Source: a virus. From it: 64,000 nucleotides of DNA. Below, one piece after another: positions 31,392 through 38,711 of this stretch. The notes beneath the pieces were generated by a model. The model searched no databases. It was not told where the DNA came from and saw only the letters and a program-made list of their open reading frames with translations. Positions within the stretch are counted from its first letter, which is position 1. Every line of letters begins with the position of its first letter. A program made the position numbers and the translations under genes. Location: the IMG/VR virus record IMGVR_UViG_3300036770_004428, positions 30,982-94,981 of that record; one strand, given 5' to 3'.

Positions 31392-31879
31392 TAGAACACA
31401 GAAATAGCTCTATCAAATCTTAATGTAACTGAAATATCAGCGATATCAGAAGAAGAGTAGTCTAGGTCACCAAAGTTAGCTGAAGTAATCATAGTACCCT
31501 GTAGAATCCATTTCTCAATAACAACTCCTGTTGGGTCTAACAATTCTAATTCAACGTCTTTTTTATAACCCGCTGCGTAACCTTGTCTACCTGTTACAGA
31601 TTCAGAGTGTAAACGAATCCACTCCATAAGAGCCTGTGTTGCTGAAGGACCGATTGGGTCACGGAAAGTAACGTCAATGGTTTCCCAAGTAAAACGACCA
31701 ATTACGAATGTAGAAGTATTTAAAAATTGAATTTCAGTTTCTTCTGCTGTATAAGTTGGTCTTGCTCCTGTTGATACGAACCATTCTTGGATACCAAGTG
31801 GTGTAGGGAATCTAAAAATAAACCTATTCTTTTTCTTTGGTTCGTAAGGAACAGGCATTCTCATTAACAAATCTGCCAT
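31391..31879 (-). CDS. Tail tube protein (T4 gp19-like)
   Basis: YEPKKKNRF, W..I.VTFRDPI, EW, YKKDVELELLDP.G.VIEKW, LDYSS, LRFD. Confidence 0.88.
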   Translation of the reverse strand: MADLLMRMPVPYEPKKKNRFIFRFPTPLGIQEWFVSTGARPTYTAEETEIQFLNTSTFVIGRFTWETIDVTFRDPIGPSATQALMEWIRLHSESVTGRQGYAAGYKKDVELELLDPTGVVIEKWILQGTMITSANFGDLDYSSSDIADISVTLRFDRAISVF

Positions 31880-31916
31880 AATTTATTGTTTTTGTTTTTT
31901 TTTATTATCTTTAATT

Positions 31917-31924
31917 ATAAATAT
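31917..31924 (-). promoter_or_regulatory. Late promoter motif ATATTTAT
   Basis: 37 nt upstream of the tail tube ATG. Confidence 0.65.
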
Positions 31925-31938
31925 GCTATAATTTTATT

Positions 31939-34254
31939 TTATTTCATTAATTGATTAATTCTTTTTAATTCCTCAATTAAGACATTGTCACCTGGATTAT
32001 AATGTGCTAATTCTGGTTTAACATTATTATCTATATTTTTAGTCATTCTTTGTTTACCTTTTTCTTTAGCTGCCCTTCTTTTTTCTATTTCTTCATCTGA
32101 AGGTTTACCTTCTTTACCTTTAACAAAATTTGGTGTTTTAGACATTGTTGAGAAAAAGTTTTGTAGAGAACCAATTAATTTTTTAAATAATTCTGATCTT
32201 TTTTTATCGTCACTATAACTACCCTTACCTTCTCTACTTATAATATATAGTTGTTTGAATAACTTTTTTATTTGATTATAGGTAGGATTATTTTTACAAG
32301 ATTTGTTTAGTAAAACAAAAAGTTTAAATAAATCACTAAAAAAAGCGGTCATTTGATTTTCCCAACCCGATGGTAATTGTTGTTTTTTGTTTATATCTCT
32401 ACTTCTAAGCGGTGCTTCCAATAGACCATTATCATAAAGTTGTCTTAAAGTTTCTGATATTGGTTTCCCGTTTATTTTTATAGAAGTTACTTTTGAATTT
32501 AAAAAGTTATCTAATAATGTTTTTTGGAACATTGTGTTACTAGAATAATCCATTAACTTCATTTTTCTTAATACCGAAGCTCTAGACTTAACCCCAGAAA
32601 GTAATTGATTTAAATCGTCTACATTTTTACTACAAAGATTATTGTTTTCCTTTTTAACAGGTTCACCATCTTTATTAGATTCAACGTTATCATCATCATC
32701 TAAATTATAGATTACTGGTATATTTTCTTCGGTTGGTTTTATATTTTTAAGTGATTGTAATAAATCATCTAAAGTTTTTGCTCTAGACTGTCTTTGGCCT
32801 TTTTCTCTTAAAACTTTAACAGTTATACCAGCCAAAACTAACCCAAGACCCAACGGGCCTAAAATATTACCTAAACCTTTTGCGGTGTAATAGGCTGCAC
32901 CAGTTTTAACCGCGGTTCTAGTAACAAATTTAGTTACCAAAACAGGTACTTGTTTAACTATTATTGATTTTAAGAATGTACCTGATTTAGTACCATATAG
33001 TGTTGTATCTAAACCACTATCAGGGTCGACCAATTTACCTGTACCAGAAGCACCAGCTTTAAAGAACTGACCCATATTATCGTATTTATCGGGATTATTA
33101 ACTAAATCGTGTAAACCAGGTGCTGCATCACCAGGTCTCATCATCCAACCACCATTTTGACATAATAAATCAACACCTTTATGAGCGTCACCACCACCAA
33201 TTTGTTCTAATTGTGCAATAAATTGTTGTGGGTCCGAGTTAGCATCAACAGGTATACCAGTAACTCTACTTAAACCAACATAAACACCTTCACCATTTTT
33301 TATACCATTTAATACTTCGGTTTTTTGTTCTACTATTTCTGTTACTTGTTCTGTATCTGTGTAAGTTATTTCTTCTGTAAATAAACTTTTAAACCATTCG
33401 GTGTTAGCTAACCAGGAATATGCTCCCATAGCACCACCAACCATATTAAGTAAAAGAGGTAATCTATTACTTTCTAGACCTTCTTTACCCATCCTTTTGG
33501 TTTCAAATTCACCACTACCTGATGATTTTTGAAACTTCGCTGATTGTCCCGAACCACCTTTTGCGGGTTTATCAGAACCTTTTTCTGCCCCAAAAGCTTT
33601 GTCAAACATTCTATCTTTAGCAGCTTTAACTGCACCAAGACCTTTACCTATTGCTCCACCTATAGATTTAAGGATACCTTTTTCATCTAATAATTCCTTT
33701 TCTTCTTCAGTTAAAATATCCCATTTTAAAATCTCTATCTCTTCTTCAGTTAAAATATTATCTCTTTCTTCTTCAGATTCCATAGTGGTATAAACACCAG
33801 CTAAATCTACATCTAGGTATTTTTTAACAATCTCCCTAAGGTCGTTAATAATTTCATTAGCAGCATCTATAGGTAAAAAACCTTCTTCTTCAGGTGTTTT
33901 CTTTGTTGCTGCAACAATTGAATCATAAAATGCTCCTATTGTTATAATACCTTTAAGGAAGGTAAATCTTTTTTTATCATTTGGGAATTCTGGTGCAACT
34001 CTTCTAACTTCAGCATCTAATTCTCTAAGTAATTTATTAGTTTCTTTGGCTAATATTGCTCTTATTTTATTTTCAGCATCTTTAGTTACTTTACCTTTAC
34101 CGAATATCTTACCACCAGCTTTATATCTTCCTAATTTAGATAACCCATATTTTATGTTTTCCCAAGCACCTTCGTCGATCCTTTCCCTATTTTCTACAGG
34201 TTCTAACGATTCATATAACTTGGTTAAAGCATTATCATAATTTATTTTTTCCAT
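31939..34254 (-). CDS. Late protein with two hydrophobic helices (possible ejected membrane-associated protein)
   Basis: ATG 34254 (MEKINY) is 18 nt after a late motif; the track start 34341 overlaps clpP; segments LPLLLNMVGGAMGAYSWL and ILGPLGLGLVLAGITV. Confidence 0.7.
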   Translation of the reverse strand: MEKINYDNALTKLYESLEPVENRERIDEGAWENIKYGLSKLGRYKAGGKIFGKGKVTKDAENKIRAILAKETNKLLRELDAEVRRVAPEFPNDKKRFTFLKGIITIGAFYDSIVAATKKTPEEEGFLPIDAANEIINDLREIVKKYLDVDLAGVYTTMESEEERDNILTEEEIEILKWDILTEEEKELLDEKGILKSIGGAIGKGLGAVKAAKDRMFDKAFGAEKGSDKPAKGGSGQSAKFQKSSGSGEFETKRMGKEGLESNRLPLLLNMVGGAMGAYSWLANTEWFKSLFTEEITYTDTEQVTEIVEQKTEVLNGIKNGEGVYVGLSRVTGIPVDANSDPQQFIAQLEQIGGGDAHKGVDLLCQNGGWMMRPGDAAPGLHDLVNNPDKYDNMGQFFKAGASGTGKLVDPDSGLDTTLYGTKSGTFLKSIIVKQVPVLVTKFVTRTAVKTGAAYYTAKGLGNILGPLGLGLVLAGITVKVLREKGQRQSRAKTLDDLLQSLKNIKPTEENIPVIYNLDDDDNVESNKDGEPVKKENNNLCSKNVDDLNQLLSGVKSRASVLRKMKLMDYSSNTMFQKTLLDNFLNSKVTSIKINGKPISETLRQLYDNGLLEAPLRSRDINKKQQLPSGWENQMTAFFSDLFKLFVLLNKSCKNNPTYNQIKKLFKQLYIISREGKGSYSDDKKRSELFKKLIGSLQNFFSTMSKTPNFVKGKEGKPSDEEIEKRRAAKEKGKQRMTKNIDNNVKPELAHYNPGDNVLIEELKRINQLMK

Positions 34255-34285
34255 TTGACTAATTCTTTTTTTATAAATATCATTG
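34254..34285 (+). promoter_or_regulatory. clpP promoter overlapping a divergent late motif
   Basis: TTGACT-N17-TATCAT (34255-34283), also readable as TTTG-N20-TATCATTG; ATATTTAT on minus strand at 34273-34280. Confidence 0.6.
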
Positions 34286-34308
34286 TTTAAATAAAAAAAA
34301 TTAACAAT

Positions 34309-34998
34309 ATGACAGAATTTGATAAATACGCAGTTAAACACATGGGAATTGGTTCTAACACACTACATGACTACCAAAGTTTCCAATCGATTGCTCCTAT
34401 GATTACTAACTCCGTAACACCAACCATTATTGAAGAAAGACAAATGAATGTTGCATTAATGTCTGTATTTGATAGATTAATGATGGATAGAATTATTTGG
34501 TGTGCTGGTCCAGTGGATGATAGAATGGCTATTATTGTTCAAGCACAACTTTTATTCCTTTCACAACAAGACCCAAAGAAAACTATTACAATTCACGTTG
34601 ATTCACCTGGTGGTTCTGTTAAATCAGGATTGTCTATGGTTGATGTTATGAATTATATCCCAAATAACATCCAAACCATAAATACAGGTATGGCGGCATC
34701 TATGGGTTCAGTTTTATTGGGTGCTGGTACAAAGGGTATGAGATCTTCTTTATTACACTCAAGAACAATGTTACACCAATCTAGTGGTGGAGCTATGGGT
34801 AATATCCAAGACGCTAGAATCACTATGAATGAATGGGAAAAAATAAACAAAGAATTGTTTAAACTTTTGGGTGAGTATTGTGGTAAAAAACCTTCACAAG
34901 TAGAAAAAGACGCACAAAGAGATTTATGGTTAAGTGCTGATGAAGCTTTAGAATATGGTATTATTGATGAGGTAATAGGTAGACAAAATAAAAAATAA
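34309..34998 (+). CDS. clpP: ATP-dependent Clp protease proteolytic subunit
   Basis: IIEERQ.NV..M.VF.RLMMDRII, DSPGG, AASMG (Ser), MLHQ (His), RD (Asp); Bacteroidota-like N-terminus F.KYA.KH.G. Confidence 0.95.
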   Translation: MTEFDKYAVKHMGIGSNTLHDYQSFQSIAPMITNSVTPTIIEERQMNVALMSVFDRLMMDRIIWCAGPVDDRMAIIVQAQLLFLSQQDPKKTITIHVDSPGGSVKSGLSMVDVMNYIPNNIQTINTGMAASMGSVLLGAGTKGMRSSLLHSRTMLHQSSGGAMGNIQDARITMNEWEKINKELFKLLGEYCGKKPSQVEKDAQRDLWLSADEALEYGIIDEVIGRQNKK

Positions 34999-35023
34999 AA
35001 AAAGGGACTTTAAGTCCCTTTTT
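34997..35023. terminator. Bidirectional terminator
   Basis: aaaaagggactt-t-aagtcccttttt. Confidence 0.85.
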
Positions 35024-35573
35024 AAATTCTATTAATTTTTGTTTCAAACTCTACCCCATGTTCATCAAAATAAGTAATCCACCATCTTTCTACTGTTGCG
35101 TAATCACCACTATAAGAATCGTAAGATAAAATACCCATATCATATAGGTCATCTTTTAACATTTCATCTAAGGCATCTCTTTCTGTATTATATACAGTAT
35201 CCTCATCAAAACCATTTTTAGGGATTTTATTTAATTCATTTTTCATCCAATTGGTTACAATATAATCATTGCCACCATCTAAATATAAATCTATTAATTT
35301 CTCAAGACTAAAATAACCAGACGAATTAAAACCGTTTTGTAAAATTTTAACATACCTGATTAATTTATCAGTTCCATCAGAATCATTTTTAAAAGTATAC
35401 CAGTTATCAACCCAAGTTCCTCTATCTTCACCATGACCATTAGTCCAATGTAACCTAAAAACATTCTTTGGATTTTTTTGTGTGACTGGTTCCGTTATTT
35501 CAATAAAAGATGGGACATCACTTATCCAATCAAAATCAGATTCTTTTAATATTTTTTTAATTATATACTTCAT
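35022..35573 (-). CDS. Hypothetical protein with MKxIIKKILKE..DFDW leader
   Basis: Leader shared with the neighbouring gene; body unrelated. Confidence 0.75.
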   Translation of the reverse strand: MKYIIKKILKESDFDWISDVPSFIEITEPVTQKNPKNVFRLHWTNGHGEDRGTWVDNWYTFKNDSDGTDKLIRYVKILQNGFNSSGYFSLEKLIDLYLDGGNDYIVTNWMKNELNKIPKNGFDEDTVYNTERDALDEMLKDDLYDMGILSYDSYSGDYATVERWWITYFDEHGVEFETKINRI

Positions 35574-35575
35574 GA

Positions 35576-36064
35576 TTAATTATGTAGTGGTTTACCTTCT
35601 TTTTCTCTTTTATTTAACCATTGTTTAAAAATATCTAATGTTTCTAAAATTGTTAAATTATTATCTTCAGCAAATTGACCGAAATATTCGTAAGCCTGAT
35701 AAATTTCTGAGGCTGAAGATTGTAATATACTCTTACCTCCAAGAGATCTAAGTGGTGATAAATAAGAATAAACATCTTTCGCTAACAAAGCGTATTTTTG
35801 ACTACCATCTCTTGGGTTAACTAAGTCGTTAACCATTTCGGATAACTCTTGAATATCATCCATAAAAACGGCGTGTGACATAATAGATTCGTCACACCAA
35901 TTTAGCCACCAAGTGATATCACGTTTTATGTAATCACCAGGGGTAAAACCTCTTCTGTTTCTACCATAAAAATAATCTTCAAAAGATTGTAATGGATCAA
36001 TTTGATTTGTCCAATCAAAATCTTCCATCTCCTCCTTTAATATTTTTTTAATTAGATGTTTCAT
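35576..36064 (-). CDS. Hypothetical protein with MKxLIKKILKE..DFDW leader
   Basis: Leader shared with the neighbouring gene. Confidence 0.75.
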   Translation of the reverse strand: MKHLIKKILKEEMEDFDWTNQIDPLQSFEDYFYGRNRRGFTPGDYIKRDITWWLNWCDESIMSHAVFMDDIQELSEMVNDLVNPRDGSQKYALLAKDVYSYLSPLRSLGGKSILQSSASEIYQAYEYFGQFAEDNNLTILETLDIFKQWLNKREKEGKPLHN

Positions 36065-36921
36065 TCCTTTTCAATCACCATTTTACGTTTTCCTTTTTCA
36101 GATGTATCGTAAACAACGAAATGTACTTCAGGGTACATTTTATTCAATTCCTCCTCTATAAATTTTTCAACTGACCTAACATTTCTAATATCGTCATCTG
36201 AAAAACCAACAGACATTTTTGTATAATCACCATTAATTAGTGTGCCTATATTTCTAAATATTTTTTTAACAAAATCTTCAATAGCGACTTTTTTTGCGTG
36301 TTCAGGGTTTGCTGCACCACCCGATACCTCCAAACCAAATCTTTGACCAAATTCATCTGATGATACAGGATAATACTCACCCATCTCATCTAAATAAAAA
36401 TCTATTGCTTGGTCATCAGTTAAACCTTCTGTTTGTTTTAATAATTTTCTAATGTTATTAACCATTTCAGATTTTTCTTCTCTAGTTAATACCATATCGA
36501 TAAAAAGTCTAACACCATCTCTAAGAATTTCTGGTTTATGACCCCTAGCTGTATTAATACCAAAAGGGTTGGCGTATATTAAAGATTCCTTAAATTTATC
36601 GGCACTTGGTGCAAATTTATTAGCGTGAATAGCTTGTTTTGCGTCTCTAATAAAAGGTTCTGATTCTTTAAAATCTTTAAAGGCTAAATTAGAATCATTG
36701 TTTCTTAACCTATAATTTGGATTTGTTCTAACTTGAGCAAATTCTTCTGTAGAGACATCAATAGGAACCCACGAATCACCTTCTTTTTTATCCATCTTAA
36801 TTGTTGTAGGCATATAAAGGATGTTATCGTCCCAATCAAAAACATAAGTTCTGATTCTATTTTCTATTAAGTATTTTTGTAGTTTTGTATATTGTTTTTC
36901 AGATAAAATATATTTTTTCAT
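36061..36921 (-). CDS. HAD-superfamily hydrolase with short N-terminal leader
   Basis: Motif I FDWDDN, II TARG, III K, IV SDDD. Confidence 0.7.
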   Translation of the reverse strand: MKKYILSEKQYTKLQKYLIENRIRTYVFDWDDNILYMPTTIKMDKKEGDSWVPIDVSTEEFAQVRTNPNYRLRNNDSNLAFKDFKESEPFIRDAKQAIHANKFAPSADKFKESLIYANPFGINTARGHKPEILRDGVRLFIDMVLTREEKSEMVNNIRKLLKQTEGLTDDQAIDFYLDEMGEYYPVSSDEFGQRFGLEVSGGAANPEHAKKVAIEDFVKKIFRNIGTLINGDYTKMSVGFSDDDIRNVRSVEKFIEEELNKMYPEVHFVVYDTSEKGKRKMVIEKE

Positions 36922-36937
36922 AAAAAAATCTTTTTAT

Positions 36938-36945
36938 ATAAATAT
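36938..36945 (-). promoter_or_regulatory. Late promoter motif ATATTTAT
   Basis: 16 nt upstream of ATG 36921. Confidence 0.65.
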
Positions 36946-36964
36946 TAAAAAATTAATTAAAATT

Positions 36965-36994
36965 TTTGTATTATATAAAATATGTCTATATTTG
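36965..36994 (+). promoter_or_regulatory. Bacteroidota-type promoter TTTG-N18-TATATTTG
   Basis: Upstream of the 37029 membrane protein gene. Confidence 0.6.
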
Positions 36995-37028
36995 CATTCA
37001 ATACGTCTAATTAAAATAATAAAATAAA

Positions 37029-37355
37029 ATGGAAGAAAAGGAATTAATGGAAGAATTAAGTTTTTATAAATCAAAGTCTAACTTTACTGTTAAATTTTTT
37101 ATTTTGCTTTTCTCCCTCATCGAAAGAATTAACAACCAAGTTTTTTATTTGGTTTTATCGTTATCTACAGCGTTTTTACTTTGTTATATTTTTAACATTA
37201 ACTATCTTTCTATGTTAATATGCCATTTTATTCTATGGATAACTTTGGGTAAAAAACTCTTTAATCAAGATAAAATGGTGGAAGAAAATAAAGAAATTTC
37301 TTTTCTTATTAAAGAATTAAAAAAACATTTAAAAAACAAAAAAGGTGTGAATTAA
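37029..37355 (+). CDS. Small membrane protein
   Basis: Two to three hydrophobic segments; own promoter and terminator. Confidence 0.65.
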   Translation: MEEKELMEELSFYKSKSNFTVKFFILLFSLIERINNQVFYLVLSLSTAFLLCYIFNINYLSMLICHFILWITLGKKLFNQDKMVEENKEISFLIKELKKHLKNKKGVN

Positions 37356-37368
37356 TTCACACCTTTTT
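37339..37368. terminator. Bidirectional terminator (perfect 30-bp palindrome)
   Basis: aaaaaggtgtgaattaattcacaccttttt between convergent genes. Confidence 0.8.
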
Positions 37369-37388
37369 AATTACTATCTAATTAATAA

Positions 37389-37946
37389 TTATTTCTGTGC
37401 TCTAATAACTCCTCTGAATATCATTAAAACAGATAAGCCTATTGCTAACATAGCAAATGGACCACAATAAGTAGGATGTGGTAACATATTACAATAAGGT
37501 TCTAAATAATTGTGTAATTGTGTTAACCATTTAGAATCAGTGTATCCCATAAGTTGTGAAGCGAATGCCGGTATAGAAACGCCCAAACCAGTTAAACCAA
37601 GAGCTTGTGTTATTCTACCAATAATCTTATTTAACATACCTTCAGTCATTAATTCTTTATTTTCACCTAAAATACTTTCAGCCATTCCAGCATCTAAAGC
37701 TGATGGGTCTTGTCCTGCTTTTTTAGCTATCATTTTTAAATCTGACATAACTTCTGGATCTTTTTTAGCCATATCCATAATAACTGATTTTAATTTTTCT
37801 ACGGCTTTTTTAAGGGTATCGATAAAATTATCTATCATTCCTTCAGTCATTAATTGTGATTCATTCATTGATTTTTTGTTTTCTTTAACAAAAGATTCAA
37901 CCACCATCTCCAATTGTTGTTTTGTTACTTTATATCTAGTTCCCAT
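37389..37946 (-). CDS. Late protein with C-terminal hydrophobic helices
   Basis: Leader VTKQQLEMVVES; LMTEGM twice; two transmembrane-like segments. Confidence 0.7.
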   Translation of the reverse strand: MGTRYKVTKQQLEMVVESFVKENKKSMNESQLMTEGMIDNFIDTLKKAVEKLKSVIMDMAKKDPEVMSDLKMIAKKAGQDPSALDAGMAESILGENKELMTEGMLNKIIGRITQALGLTGLGVSIPAFASQLMGYTDSKWLTQLHNYLEPYCNMLPHPTYCGPFAMLAIGLSVLMIFRGVIRAQK

Positions 37947-37949
37947 TTT

Positions 37950-38633
37950 TTATTTATTATAATTTATTATTTTATTAAAGAAGTCCATATCTTCTTTTAG
38001 GATTTTATTGTTTGTTGTTTTAGTTACTGATTCAGCTAAACCGTTTACAGATTCTGCAACATCATCCTTTTTATCTTCGTCAGCTGGTTCTACTTTATAA
38101 GTTTTACCATCAACAGTAAAGGTAGCTTTACCTTCTTCTCTAGCTTTTTCTAATTCACCAGTAAATTCATTTCCTTCATCAACACCAGCTTCAACCATGT
38201 TCATTGAATACCCACATTCATTACAAGTACCTTCTACCATCATTCCTGTACCACATTCTGAACACATTTTATTTTCTGACATGTAATCACCTTCTTTCAT
38301 TTCATCGTCATAAGAAAGTGTGACATTGTTACCACAATCACATTTACCGTCTTTATGTAGTGTGTCCATTTGTTCTTTTGAAATAACAACACAGTCCATT
38401 TTTTCTGAAGATAATTTAGTTAAAAGTTCTGACATTTTTTTGTCATCACCTTTAATATCCTCATAATAAACTAAACATTTGTCGTCACACATACAGTGAC
38501 CATTTTTATGTAAGTCATCCATATGTTGTTTAGTAAGTTTAATTTCACCTTCAGCCTCATTCATATATTGAGATTCTTTAAGTGTAGATTCAATTACCAT
38601 ACTTAACTGTTTTCTTGTTATAAGTTTTGACAT
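37950..38633 (-). CDS. Cys/His-rich late protein
   Basis: Two K..MD.LHK.G.C.C repeats, CSECG..CNECG, leader ITRKQLSMVIES, tail KILKEDMDFF. Confidence 0.7.
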   Translation of the reverse strand: MSKLITRKQLSMVIESTLKESQYMNEAEGEIKLTKQHMDDLHKNGHCMCDDKCLVYYEDIKGDDKKMSELLTKLSSEKMDCVVISKEQMDTLHKDGKCDCGNNVTLSYDDEMKEGDYMSENKMCSECGTGMMVEGTCNECGYSMNMVEAGVDEGNEFTGELEKAREEGKATFTVDGKTYKVEPADEDKKDDVAESVNGLAESVTKTTNNKILKEDMDFFNKIINYNK

Positions 38634-38649
38634 ATTTTCTTTTTTATTA

Positions 38650-38657
38650 ATAAATAT
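38650..38657 (-). promoter_or_regulatory. Late promoter motif ATATTTAT
   Basis: 16 nt upstream of ATG 38633. Confidence 0.65.
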
Positions 38658-38661
38658 ATTA

Positions 38662-38694
38662 AAAATGGGGAAGTTGCTTATTCTTCCCCATTTT
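38662..38694 (-). terminator. Terminator after tail sheath
   Basis: aaaatggggaag-N9-cttccccatttt. Confidence 0.75.
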
Positions 38695-38711
38695 ATTTCA
38701 TTTTTTATTCA

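Noticed and set aside
34255-34341. Track N-terminal extension of the 800-aa ORF
   Set aside because: It overlaps clpP and spans the late motif; ATG 34254 fits better
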